From NCBI GenBank assembly GCA_963734525.1, contig CAVTHI010000009.1, positions 3,429-67,428 of the forward strand: a stretch of 64,000 nt of DNA. Direction: 5' to 3'. Positions 28,631-38,183 of the stretch are shown piece after piece. Made by a program: the position numbers and the translations under genes. The stretch is from an uncultured archaeon. GTDB lineage: Archaea; Micrarchaeota; Micrarchaeia; Anstonellales; Bilamarchaeaceae. Below the pieces are notes generated by a model. That model made no database searches and was not told where the DNA came from. It was given only the letters and a program-made list of their open reading frames with translations. Position 1 is the stretch's first letter; the number at the start of each line of letters is the position of its first letter.

Positions 28631-29198
28631 ATGGTTGAATCCTTCAAGCAGACGGAGAAGAAGCAGGATGTGGAAGCCCCGAAAAAGAAGTTCGTCCACC
28701 TCCTTGACGAGGAAGAGGTAGAGGTAAAAAGGCTGGGCTCCGACGACATCGAGGACTGCGTGAAGGTCATGAGGAAATGCGCCTTCGACGTCACGGAAGT
28801 CGAGGTGGGCAACATCATCGCCTACGGGAAAAGCTTCGGGGCGACCGTGAACCGGATGCTCGTCGGCGTCGGGCTCGCGTGGCCCGCGAAACTCGACATG
28901 GATAAGCAAGAAGATTACGAGCGGGGAGCCGAACGCCCTGTATATGGAGGACCCGGCCGTGCTCCTTGCCTACGAGGGCAGGGGCGTGCGGAGGATACTC
29001 CTCGGCGAGAGGGAAAAGGAGACCATCGATTCCAAGCTCAAGTACTCGATAGGATACCTTTACGAGGACATCCCCTCAGGCGACATCGCCAGCTACATCA
29101 CGGAAGCCGGCAGCACGCTGGAAAAGCTGTACCTTTCCGAGAATTACGAGTTCTTCAGGACCGAGAAGGGGATACTGGCGTTCAAGAAAGTGGGTTGA
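28631..29198 (+). pseudogene. GNAT-family N-acetyltransferase interrupted by one frameshift near 28,900-28,915 (or a consensus error)
   Basis: The N-part (MVESFKQ...VGVGLAWPAKLDMDKQE) continues in another frame as ..ITSGEPNALYMEDPAVLLAYEGRGVRRILL (GNAT motif A) ...LEKLYLSENYEF. Confidence 0.6.
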
Positions 29199-29245
29199 GC
29201 ATTCTTCCGCATGCGCCAGATGCGCGTCCGGCCATCTCTTCATCT

Positions 29246-30004
29246 TCAGGATGACAGCTTCAGCATCACTTCCGGGAAGCCGAACGACCCCATCTTCTTC
29301 CGGATTGCGCATATGTGCCTGGCGATGGCGACCATGCCCCTCTTTCCGACGCTTATGCAGGCTATGCCGCCTTTCAGCTGGAGCCTTGCGGACGGGACGA
29401 TGGAAGAGAGGTATTTTTTTGCTTCCGCGGGCTTCTTCCCGGCCTTCGGCGCCTTCGCCTTGGACTCGGACGATGCGGGCTTGTCCCAGTTGGGGAGCTT
29501 GAATTCCTTGGCGAGGAGGCGGATTTCGGCCTTCGACAGGTTGCTCTCGAGGAGAGGGCTCTTCACGCCGCAGTGGCGCGCGTTGATGAACGACTGCCCT
29601 TTCTCCGAGGCGTCGTCCAGATGCGAGCCGTCGAGGACGTGCTTTATCTTCATCCTCATGGCGACGCCCTTCATCGTGCTGTAAACGTTGCCCCCGCGGG
29701 CGGCGGCCCTTGCGGTGTGCAGGACCGCGCTTTGCCGCCCGGAATCCAGGACGACATGCTTCACGCCGATGATTTTCGCGACCCTCCGGGCCACGCTGAG
29801 CTCGGAGCGGGGGTAGCTTTCGGACAGGGCGGTGACTGCCACCGCCTTCTCGCCCAGCTCCTCGCGGCATATCCGCATGAGGAACGAGCTGTCCACCCCG
29901 CCGGAGAATGCGACGACAGCGCTGTCGAGCTTCCTTATCCTCTCACGCAGGCTTGACAGTTTCTTCTCGAGGCGCTTGTCCATGACTGTTATTCTGGAGC
30001 TCAT
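29246..30004 (-). CDS. PP-loop ATP pyrophosphatase (LarE / TIGR00268-like adenine nucleotide alpha hydrolase)
   Basis: VVAFSGGVDSSFL PP-loop motif near the N-terminus; 252 aa. Confidence 0.65.
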   Translation of the reverse strand: MSSRITVMDKRLEKKLSSLRERIRKLDSAVVAFSGGVDSSFLMRICREELGEKAVAVTALSESYPRSELSVARRVAKIIGVKHVVLDSGRQSAVLHTARAAARGGNVYSTMKGVAMRMKIKHVLDGSHLDDASEKGQSFINARHCGVKSPLLESNLSKAEIRLLAKEFKLPNWDKPASSESKAKAPKAGKKPAEAKKYLSSIVPSARLQLKGGIACISVGKRGMVAIARHICAIRKKMGSFGFPEVMLKLSS

Positions 30005-30161
30005 GATTATAACCTATGGCATTGGGTATGTGTGTTTATATGTAATAAAACGTGTTTATAATGGGGTGTGTCGCCGCCGCACCCCTTTTCCACGATGAGA
30101 GCCCGCAGGGACCGCGCAGGGACCGAAAAGGTATATAACCCTGGGGAAGGAAATTGAAGCC

Positions 30162-31928
30162 ATGCGAAACGCCTTACTCCTGTTGCTCATAGTTTCATCG
30201 TCAATGGCAGCGTGCACCGGCGCGATAACCCAGCGCGTCCCGGCGGTCGTCGGCGACGGGGGAGGGCTCATCAACGTCACGATAAGCCTTGAGGAGGGGC
30301 CCGGGCAGGCATACATCAGCGTCTTCCCGAGAAGCGGCGTGGCGACGCAGGAATCCATAGAGCAGGCGGTATCGTACGCCTACGGCCTTGCGGAAAGCGA
30401 CGAGGGCTGCGACGTCCTGGTGGATTTCGGCGACAACCCCGGCACGAGCTATATCGACGGGCCGAGCGCGGGCGCGGCCCTGACCGTAATGACGTATTCG
30501 CTCCTCGCCAACAAGAACCTCAGGAACGACACCGTGATGACCGGCACCATAGGGCCTAATGGCGAGGTGGGCCCGGTCGGGGGGCTCTACGAGAAGGCGA
30601 AGGGGGCCGCCCAGATGGGCGCGAAGTATTTCATCACCCCGGTGGAGAACGTCTATGAAATCATGGTCCTGCGGGAAATCGAGAACAGCTACGGCATCAA
30701 AATACTGCAGGCAGGCGATGTCGGGGAAGTCATCGGGTTCATGGCGGAAAACAGGAGCATCGCCCAGGACGGGCTGGAAATCAGCAACCGCGGGGTGCCG
30801 GACATTCCGGACTACGACGCGGGCGGGATGGATGGGTTCGCCCAGGTCGCCGCGAGGATGGTCGACGCCGAGGAATCGCTCGCGGACCTGATAAACGGCT
30901 CGGACGATGAGGCGGCGTCCATCCGGGGGTTTTACCAGTCCGAGGTGGCGAGGCAGCGCGGCATCATCGACAAGGGGTATTATTTCTCATCGGCGAATGA
31001 GGCGTTCCTCAACTTCATAGACATCTCGACCATCTCCGCGGTTTCGGCCGGGGAGCCGGACCTTGCGAGGAAGAAGGGCGAGGCCGGAATCTGCCTCACG
31101 GGAATCGGTAGGCCGCCCATGACGGACCGGAATTTCGAATGGGTGGCCGGGGCGGACCAAAGGCAGGGCTGGGCGTATGAGAAGCTCAACAGCACGGACA
31201 TCGACGACAAGGCGCTCGTGGACGAGAAGTTCGCGGCATACAACGAACTGATGTACGCCCAGGCGTGGTGCATCGTGGCGAAAGAGCTTATAAACGCCGC
31301 GCCTTCGGGGGGGGCCAGAATCAATGAAAGCGCGTGGAAGGGAATCGCGGAAGGCCGCATACTCAGGGCGCGGGAGCTGGACCCGCAGGACAGCGAATTG
31401 ATTAAGAGGCTCAACATAGCCCAGGACGCATACGAGAACGGCCGGTACGCCCAGGCGGTATTCGATTCGGTCTACGTCATCGAGAACGTCCAGGCCGACA
31501 AGGGGATGCCTGATGAATCCAACGTAAGCGCGCTGGTCGGCGAGGAACGCAGTTCGCTCTGGGGCCGGGTATACCAGTCCCATGCGGCTTTCCTGCTCGC
31601 GCAGAACCAGACCGGCGGGGCGTACAAGACGGCCAGGCTGGCATCGGGGCTTGATGAGGCCGCGGCCGAGATGGTCGATGCGATGGAACCCGTTGGCGGG
31701 CAGGCGCCTCCCGCTGCGGAAACCGAGCCGGAGGAAGAACGCCAGGACTTCGCGCTTCCGGTAATCCTGGCCGGGGCGATATCAATCTTTTTATTCCTTG
31801 TTCTACTATTAATGATGACAAGGCGAACTCATGGAACTGAAAGCACGGGATCTGGCAAGGCTGATAGAGCTGAACAAAAAAAAGGCGGAGCTGGAGTTCC
31901 AGGTGCGGATACTGGGCGCAAAGCCTGA
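30162..31928 (+). CDS. Extracytoplasmic Lon-like S16 peptidase-domain protein with a C-terminal membrane anchor
   Basis: Signal/lipobox-like MRNALLLLLIVSSSMAAC. S16 catalytic motif YIDGPSAGAAL and GTIGPNGEVGPVGG..KAKGA. TM FALPVILAGAISIFLFLVLLLMM near the C-terminus. Confidence 0.7.
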   Translation: MRNALLLLLIVSSSMAACTGAITQRVPAVVGDGGGLINVTISLEEGPGQAYISVFPRSGVATQESIEQAVSYAYGLAESDEGCDVLVDFGDNPGTSYIDGPSAGAALTVMTYSLLANKNLRNDTVMTGTIGPNGEVGPVGGLYEKAKGAAQMGAKYFITPVENVYEIMVLREIENSYGIKILQAGDVGEVIGFMAENRSIAQDGLEISNRGVPDIPDYDAGGMDGFAQVAARMVDAEESLADLINGSDDEAASIRGFYQSEVARQRGIIDKGYYFSSANEAFLNFIDISTISAVSAGEPDLARKKGEAGICLTGIGRPPMTDRNFEWVAGADQRQGWAYEKLNSTDIDDKALVDEKFAAYNELMYAQAWCIVAKELINAAPSGGARINESAWKGIAEGRILRARELDPQDSELIKRLNIAQDAYENGRYAQAVFDSVYVIENVQADKGMPDESNVSALVGEERSSLWGRVYQSHAAFLLAQNQTGGAYKTARLASGLDEAAAEMVDAMEPVGGQAPPAAETEPEEERQDFALPVILAGAISIFLFLVLLLMMTRRTHGTESTGSGKADRAEQKKGGAGVPGADTGRKA

Positions 31929-32643
31929 TGTCGAGCTTAGGCGCGTCGTTTCCAATGCCGACGAGCTCGCCGACAAGGCTAGGGCCGCCGGCGTGTCGCT
32001 GATTTTCCCCAACCAGACGAAACTTGACGAGTACGCGGAGGCGCTCGAAGCGTTCCCCCCGGACGCCATCAGGGAAGGCCTGAAGATAAGGGACGGGAAG
32101 GCGTACCAGGCGCTCAAGGAACGGGGCATGATTGTCAAGAAGAACTTCGAGAACCGCTCGGAAATCGCAAAGCTCCTCATATTGGTCGCCGGCATGGCGA
32201 AGGAGGAGAGGGGCGCGGCCGAATCCGCGATAGCCTCGGGCGCGGTCGAAACGCCAATCAGCGTCGCGTCCCTGGGCGAGCAGTCCGGAAAAAGGCTGGC
32301 CAGGTTCATGAGACGCTGCGGGATCGCATGCGCCGCATCTGATATCCTGCTGAACCCCGCTCCGGACGGGGGCGGGGAGAAAGAGGCCCGGGTGGAGATG
32401 CCGAACAGGTGGGTCTGGGTCAGCGAAGGGTCGAAGGCGCTTCTTGAGGAGAACCTGCGGAAGATGCAGCACCTGAACGCGAGAATCCAGCTCAAGAACG
32501 CGGAGAGGCAGATAAAGACCTTCTCGGACGAGGAGGAGGGCGTGTTCGCCACGCTCCAGAGCGAATACCTCGCCCTGCTCAAGGAGCAGGACGAACTGCT
32601 CAAGGAATTCAACGAGGAGGACCTCCTCGCGGCAAAAGGATAG
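31831..32643 (+). CDS. Hypothetical coiled-coil protein
   Basis: 270-aa ORF rich in heptad-like E/K/L segments. Overlaps the S16 gene's tail by 98 nt. Confidence 0.5.
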   Translation: MELKARDLARLIELNKKKAELEFQVRILGAKPDVELRRVVSNADELADKARAAGVSLIFPNQTKLDEYAEALEAFPPDAIREGLKIRDGKAYQALKERGMIVKKNFENRSEIAKLLILVAGMAKEERGAAESAIASGAVETPISVASLGEQSGKRLARFMRRCGIACAASDILLNPAPDGGGEKEARVEMPNRWVWVSEGSKALLEENLRKMQHLNARIQLKNAERQIKTFSDEEEGVFATLQSEYLALLKEQDELLKEFNEEDLLAAKG

Positions 32644-32680
32644 CGGGCGGAGGCGGGCTTGGATTGGCCCGCGAACCGGA

Positions 32681-34219
32681 TCAGAGCTTCTTCTCCATAT
32701 ACGGGCCGCAGAGGGAATAACCGAACCTGCGGTAATATTCCCTGGCCCCAACGCCGCTGATTATGCGCATCCGGCCCCAGCCTTCGCCCCGGGCAACCGA
32801 TTCCGCTTCATGGAGGAGGGATGACCCGAAGCCGCTGTGCTGGATGCCGCCCCGGGCGTTCAGGGGCAGTTCGCACCCGTACACGTGGAGCTCGCGGATG
32901 AGCGCGGCATCGGGTTCTCCCTTTTTACCCGGGAACCTCAGGCGGATGAACGCGGCAATCAAATCATCCTTGTTCTCGAAGGACAGGAACGTCTCCTTCC
33001 CGCCGCTGGCGCCATATTCGATGCGGCGCATCGCGAAACCGCGTGGGTCCGGTGCGCGTTTGCCCTGCAGGCCGGCCTCGCGGAAGCGGATTTCCTTCGG
33101 GGCTATCCCTTTTTCCGCGATCCGCCTCTCGACCAGTTCGCGCAGGTTGCTCTTCTTCACGCCCCCCGCGATTAGCGGGGACGGGATGTCGCGCTGTATG
33201 CGCATGACGCGCACATAAGGGGGGATGTTCCGGTAGAATTCCGATATCACGTCCGCCGCCTCTTCGGTGGAATACGGCTCGAACACGCCCCGGTCCGCCA
33301 TTTCCTTCAGCGGCGTCCCCTCGAGCACGAGCGTGGGGTAGATTTTAAGCATGTCCGGGCGGAAGCCGGCGCTTGAGAACAGCTTCCTGACGAACGATAT
33401 GTCCTTCTTTTTCGAGGAGCCCGGAAGGCCGGGCATGATGTGGTATAGCACCTTGAACGAGGCGTCCTTGAGGGCCCGCGTGGAGGCGACTACATCCTTC
33501 ACCGTGTGCCCCCTGCGTATGGTTTTGTAGATGCGGTCGTCGGCATGCTGGACACCCAGTTCGACGCGCGTGGCCCCGTATGAGAGCATTTCCGGTATAT
33601 GGGCGGCGCACACGTCGGGGCGTGTTTCGAGCGTCAGCCCTATTGCGCGGTGCTTCGCGCTTTCATTGGAGGATATGGCCTCTTCCATAGTCGTGGAAAC
33701 CGAGCCGTTGAGGCCGTCGTATACGCCCTTGATGAACGAACGCTTGTAATCGCGGTCCATTTCGAGGAACGTCCCGCCCATCACAATGACTTCGCACTTG
33801 TCCGCCGGATGCCCGGCCCCTTCGTATTGGGCAACCCGTCCGGAGGCCTGGATATACGGGTCGAACCCCGCCTGCCTGCTCCTGAGCGCGGCAGGCTCGA
33901 AACCGCTGTAGCTTTTCGCGGCGAGGTTCGTGGATGGGCAATAGATGCAGCTGTGGGCGCACGAGCCCTGCGGCTTAATCATGACCGCGACGGGGGTGAC
34001 GCCGGAAAGCGTCCGGGTGGGGCGTTTCAGGAGAAGGGCCCGGGTTTCAGGGTTCAGGCGGTCTTTCGGGAAGCGGCAGAGGATTTCCGGGTTCTTTATC
34101 ATGTTGGCGATGCAAAACCGCTTGCACTCCGCCCGCTTTATCCAGTCCAGGCTGTGCGCGTCCGCATCCCCTGCAAGGATGCGCCTGATGATTGAATCTA
34201 TCGCCTTCTGCCTGGACAT
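32681..34219 (-). CDS. elp3: Elp3-type radical SAM / GNAT tRNA-modifying acetyltransferase
   Basis: Radical-SAM cluster motif CAHSCIYCP, the typical Elp3 length (512 aa) and a C-terminal GNAT motif (HSGFGSSLLHEAE). Confidence 0.85.
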   Translation of the reverse strand: MSRQKAIDSIIRRILAGDADAHSLDWIKRAECKRFCIANMIKNPEILCRFPKDRLNPETRALLLKRPTRTLSGVTPVAVMIKPQGSCAHSCIYCPSTNLAAKSYSGFEPAALRSRQAGFDPYIQASGRVAQYEGAGHPADKCEVIVMGGTFLEMDRDYKRSFIKGVYDGLNGSVSTTMEEAISSNESAKHRAIGLTLETRPDVCAAHIPEMLSYGATRVELGVQHADDRIYKTIRRGHTVKDVVASTRALKDASFKVLYHIMPGLPGSSKKKDISFVRKLFSSAGFRPDMLKIYPTLVLEGTPLKEMADRGVFEPYSTEEAADVISEFYRNIPPYVRVMRIQRDIPSPLIAGGVKKSNLRELVERRIAEKGIAPKEIRFREAGLQGKRAPDPRGFAMRRIEYGASGGKETFLSFENKDDLIAAFIRLRFPGKKGEPDAALIRELHVYGCELPLNARGGIQHSGFGSSLLHEAESVARGEGWGRMRIISGVGAREYYRRFGYSLCGPYMEKKL

Positions 34220-34252
34220 AATTGGAAAAAATGCACGGACCGCTTTTTATCG

Positions 34253-35062
34253 TTAATTGAAGATGTTCGAAAGCAGGCCGGCCAGCGCGTATATCGGCGC
34301 CTCGAATATCGGGAAGACTATCGCGCCGCTGTTCGTGGCCTTGTAGTCGCCGAGCAGGTCGGAGCGGACGAAAAGGGTCACGTTCTCGGAGTCGGCGATG
34401 TTCTTGCTTGCGAGCGAGACGACGTCCACGGTCGTCCTGTAGGTCTCCTCTTCGGTCCCGACTATCTCGTAATAGACCGTCTTCGAGCTCTGCGCGGGGA
34501 CGAACACGGGCTTGACGAATTCCCATCTTTTCGCGCCCATGGCGCTCACCTGGAATACGTCGCTGGTCGAGCCCTTGTTGGTGATTTTTATCGCGAACCT
34601 CGCGGGCTGACCCGGGCCGACGGTCTTGTAGTTCGGCGAGACGTCGAAGTCCATGACGTCCCAGGTTATCTTGACCTTCACGATGAACGTGACGTTGCCG
34701 AGCTGCTCGCCGTTCCGTTCGTCAATCACGGTGACGCGCGTCGAGTAGTTGCCTTCGGGGGAATCCGGGTCCGCGGTTATCGTGACCATGAGCGGGTTCT
34801 GGTAAAGCTTGCTGTTCTGGCTCGTCCATCCGCGCGGCAGGTCGCCCACGACCGCCTCGTCGTAGAGGCCTCCCGCGCCGTGGATTCCGCCGGTTGCTTC
34901 CCTGGCGTCGATGAGGAGCTGGACGGTCTGGCCGGGGCCGATTGTGCCCAGGTCGATGACATCGCCGTTCTGCACGTTGCGCACTGCCGGCGAAACCAGG
35001 TCCAATGAGAATGCCACCGAGGCAACAAGCAACAAAGCTACGAACGTCGTCCTGCTGAGCAT
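34253..35062 (-). CDS. Secreted beta-rich (CARDB / NEW3-like Ig-fold) protein
   Basis: Signal peptide MLSRTTFVALLLVASVAFS, then two beta-sandwich-like halves (..RFAIKITNKGSTSDVFQVS..). Hydrophobic C-terminus. Confidence 0.5.
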   Translation of the reverse strand: MLSRTTFVALLLVASVAFSLDLVSPAVRNVQNGDVIDLGTIGPGQTVQLLIDAREATGGIHGAGGLYDEAVVGDLPRGWTSQNSKLYQNPLMVTITADPDSPEGNYSTRVTVIDERNGEQLGNVTFIVKVKITWDVMDFDVSPNYKTVGPGQPARFAIKITNKGSTSDVFQVSAMGAKRWEFVKPVFVPAQSSKTVYYEIVGTEEETYRTTVDVVSLASKNIADSENVTLFVRSDLLGDYKATNSGAIVFPIFEAPIYALAGLLSNIFN

Positions 35063-35077
35063 GGGCGGATATCTGTC

Positions 35078-35716
35078 TTAAGGATTAAAAACATGCTGAG
35101 GTCGGGGCTGCGCAGGCTCATTTTGGCCAAATACCCCTTCCACCACCTGGCTGGCGAGCTTTGCTTCTTCCGGATATTTTCCCGACCGGTCCAGCGCGCG
35201 TATGATGTTCTCGAACTGCATGCGGACCTGCAGCTTGAGGGTTTCGGACTCCGAAGACGCGTCTTTCTCGGATGAATGGCAGAAGCTCGGCCCTGCCATG
35301 GCCGCCGTATGATAAACCAGGGCTGATGTGCCTTCGGGGCGCCTCTCGATGGACAGCAGGGGGCTGCCCCTTTTCTTCACGCTTATCGACAGGTCCGGAT
35401 TGCCTGAGTGGATGCGGGCGGCCGATATCTCGATTCCGTTTGCGCTGTCCATGATTTGCAGGTGGAAGCGGCTGGACTCAAGGCGGGCGAATGTCGCTTT
35501 TTCCTTGCCGAAATCGAGTTCCAGGATTCGGGATGGGGGGTTGGTGAAAATGGCCGGCGGCCTCAGCTCCCCGATATTCGGCCCCGCGCCGAATGAAATG
35601 CCGCTTTCTTCCCGTATTTCCTTGCCCGAGAGGGCAAACACGAGCTTGTCGGCTTTTATCCTGCCCAGCGTTACAAGATGCGCATGGCGCCTGATGCGCA
35701 AGTGCGACCTCTTCAT
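35078..35716 (-). CDS. Hypothetical protein; either a separate gene or the frameshifted C-terminal half of the upstream HExxH protein
   Basis: This frame shows good codon style from MKRSHLRIRRHAHLVTLGRIKADKLVF onward, and it overlaps the Arg/Gly-rich tail of ORF 35478-36524. Confidence 0.4.
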   Translation of the reverse strand: MKRSHLRIRRHAHLVTLGRIKADKLVFALSGKEIREESGISFGAGPNIGELRPPAIFTNPPSRILELDFGKEKATFARLESSRFHLQIMDSANGIEISAARIHSGNPDLSISVKKRGSPLLSIERRPEGTSALVYHTAAMAGPSFCHSSEKDASSESETLKLQVRMQFENIIRALDRSGKYPEEAKLASQVVEGVFGQNEPAQPRPQHVFNP

Positions 35717-36524
35717 CGCTGTGCGCATGGACGTAACGCCACACCGCCCCGAACGAATCGAACCCGGACGCCATGAGGGAAAGGACGCCCAGGTGCACAA
35801 TCCCGGCTTCATCGGCTTTTTTCACATCGGACATGAGCCGTGTTAGGTCGCCATTGAGCTTGTCCGCGTAATAGGAAGCGGCTTCGGGTTTACCGAGGTC
35901 GTTCCACGCCTCCATGCGGGCCGTTTTCAGGTTGTTGATTATGAGGTTCAGGCCGAGGTGCCTGCTGTAATGCGCAGCCACATGCTCGGCGAAATAGTAT
36001 TCGAATGATACGGCCTCGACCTGGCCGATATACCTGCCCAAAGGGTCTGCGCCATGGCCAAGGTCAGGGTGATGGCCCTGCTCGTGCACCCACACCGAAA
36101 AGCGCGAGTCCGCCTGCAGGTCAGCGCTCGGGAGTCCCCTGCACCCGCCGAAACCGCTAGAGTATGAGCCGCTCGTGCGTTCCCCCGCCGGGACATCCGC
36201 CCTGATTGCGATGCCCCCGCTCGCCGGGTCGTAGCAGCCGTCCCGGACGTCCGTGCAGTAGCGCCGGATTCGCTCATCGGAAAGGAAAACCACGCGTTCG
36301 GAGGGGACCGCCTCCTTTCCGGTTATTTCCTCTATGACGGGTTCCCATACCTTGAATTGGGCCGGATTCTGGATGTTGAGGGCGAGGCTGAACCAGTCCC
36401 TTTCCCCGGAATGGTTTTCCATCGCCGGGTTCGACAAGGACAGCGCGGGGACGGGCCTCGGGCCTGCGCAAGAGGAAAGCGATGCCCCGACAGCGAGGGC
36501 TGCAAGGGAGCGTTTAATCTTCAT
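35478..36524 (-). CDS. Putative secreted zinc metalloprotease lipoprotein (HExxH); the 3' end is unreliable
   Basis: Lipobox-like MKIKRSLAALAVGASLSSC and VWVHEQGHHPDLGH (HExxH). The last ~80 codons look out of frame. Confidence 0.45.
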   Translation of the reverse strand: MKIKRSLAALAVGASLSSCAGPRPVPALSLSNPAMENHSGERDWFSLALNIQNPAQFKVWEPVIEEITGKEAVPSERVVFLSDERIRRYCTDVRDGCYDPASGGIAIRADVPAGERTSGSYSSGFGGCRGLPSADLQADSRFSVWVHEQGHHPDLGHGADPLGRYIGQVEAVSFEYYFAEHVAAHYSRHLGLNLIINNLKTARMEAWNDLGKPEAASYYADKLNGDLTRLMSDVKKADEAGIVHLGVLSLMASGFDSFGAVWRYVHAHSDEEVALAHQAPCASCNAGQDKSRQARVCPLGQGNTGRKRHFIRRGAEYRGAEAAGHFHQPPIPNPGTRFRQGKSDIRPP

Positions 36525-36613
36525 AAATGTATACTAAATATAACTATTTATAAATAGGATAAATTGCATATGCGGGATAAATCGCACCGGTGCCAGGGGG
36601 AAGTATATCGCCT

Positions 36614-38124
36614 TCAAAGGAACGCTTCCGCATTCTTCGCCTTCCTTTCCGCCGCCTCTTCGAACTCGATTGCCTGCTGCTGGAGGGGCGCTCCCTTCTC
36701 CCGCTTCAGGGACTTGCGGTCGCGGACGCCGATGAATACGGGCGAGTTCACCGCCTCGCCGACCACGATGGCCTCGCCGACTTTCAGGCCCGTTATGCTC
36801 TTCGCCACTCGCGCGTCGATGCCCTCCGAGCTCATCTGGATGTGGTCCAGATCGTTCGGGTTCGTGACGCGCAGGATGATGTGGGTGTTGCATTGCGAGA
36901 GCGCGGTCGTGCTGAGGTTCACCGGGCGCTGGCTGATGAGGCACAATGATGCGCCGAACTTGCGCCCTTCCCTCGCAATCGTCTCTATGATGGCGCGGCT
37001 GACGGCCTCGCTCTCTTCTGCCTTCTCCCTGGCGAAGTTGTGGGCCTCCTCGATGAGGAGCATGAACGGGGGGATTTTGCCCTTCTTCCGGAGCGAGAAC
37101 AATCTGCGCGCCATCAGGGACACCAGGATTTGCTTCTTCCGAAGAGAGTCGATGGGGGAAAAATCCAGTATGAGCAGGTGGCCCGGCTTAATCTGGGATA
37201 TTAGTTTCGGGTTCTCGGTCTTGCGTGAAAGGAACTTGTAGCGTTTCAGCTCGGAAAGGCTCCGCTTAAGTGCGCGCTTGACCTCGTCCTTCGAGACGTC
37301 CGCCCCGTCTACTGCGGAGAGAAGCTCCTTGAACGAATAGCCGCTCCCGTCCTTCCTTGATTCGCGAAGGGAGTGCAACGCATGCCGGAGCACGTCCCGC
37401 TGCGGGGCGGAGAGGTACGGGAGCCATTCCATCATGGCTTCGGGAGTGATTTTTTTCAGCGGAATCATGATGTCCTGCCCTTCCACGACGGTCGTGAGCT
37501 TGCCGAAGGCAGGGTCGTGCGAGAAGCCGGCGTATTCGCCGTGGATGTCCACGACGATGACCGCCACCCGCCCGTCCTCCTTCTTCCGCGACAGCAGCTC
37601 CTCGAGCAGGACGCTGGCGAGGTGCGATTTGCCGGCCCCGCTCATGGCGAGGATGGCCAGGTGCTTCTGGAGGAGGCGCGTCAGCGAGATTTTCGCAAGG
37701 ACGTCGTGATGCTCGATGGAACCGAGATGCAGCCCCTTTTCGTCGAAGCCGAGGAATTGGCGGAGCACGCCGGGTTCGGCATCGCATACCGCGTCGCCCG
37801 GCGAAGGCGGGATGAACGCGCGCTCGAACCTGCTTCCCCTGAACACGCCGAGGACCTTCACCTGCGCCACCATGTATTCCCAGGAGCCGGAGGGGAATTG
37901 CTCCATCATCCCCGCCCCCTTCTCGTAATCCGCGACGCTTTCCGCGCGCTCGAAATATCGGTTCGACTTGAAAACTTCTGAAACGAAACCGAACAGCAGG
38001 CCCTCGCCGTGGATGACTGGACGTACTGGCCCTTGCGGACGCCCCCGCCCTTGACGACGAACGAGAATTCGGACGTGGATGGCGACTCCTCGGCCGCGAT
38101 CACTGTCCCCAGCGCTTCGCTCAT
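36614..38124 (-). pseudogene. herA: HerA-type (DUF87) hexameric ATPase with one frameshift near 38,010-38,030 (or a consensus error)
   Basis: The N-terminal HAS-barrel-like MSEALGTVIAAEESPSTSEFSFVVKGGGVRKGQYV is in one frame. VIHGEGLLFGFVSEVFKSNRYFE..., Walker A LAMSGAGKSHL and Walker B MLLIEEAHNF are in the next. TATA TTATAAA at 38149-38155. Confidence 0.75.
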
Positions 38125-38183
38125 GGAAGGGAAATACGCACCCGCGGATTATAAACTATCGTCCGCACGCGGCCGTTTATCCC

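Noticed and set aside
35478-38124. NurA/Mre11/Rad50 partners for HerA
   Set aside because: Neighbouring ORFs are exported proteins with lipobox or TM features. None shows NurA or Mre11 phosphoesterase motifs.
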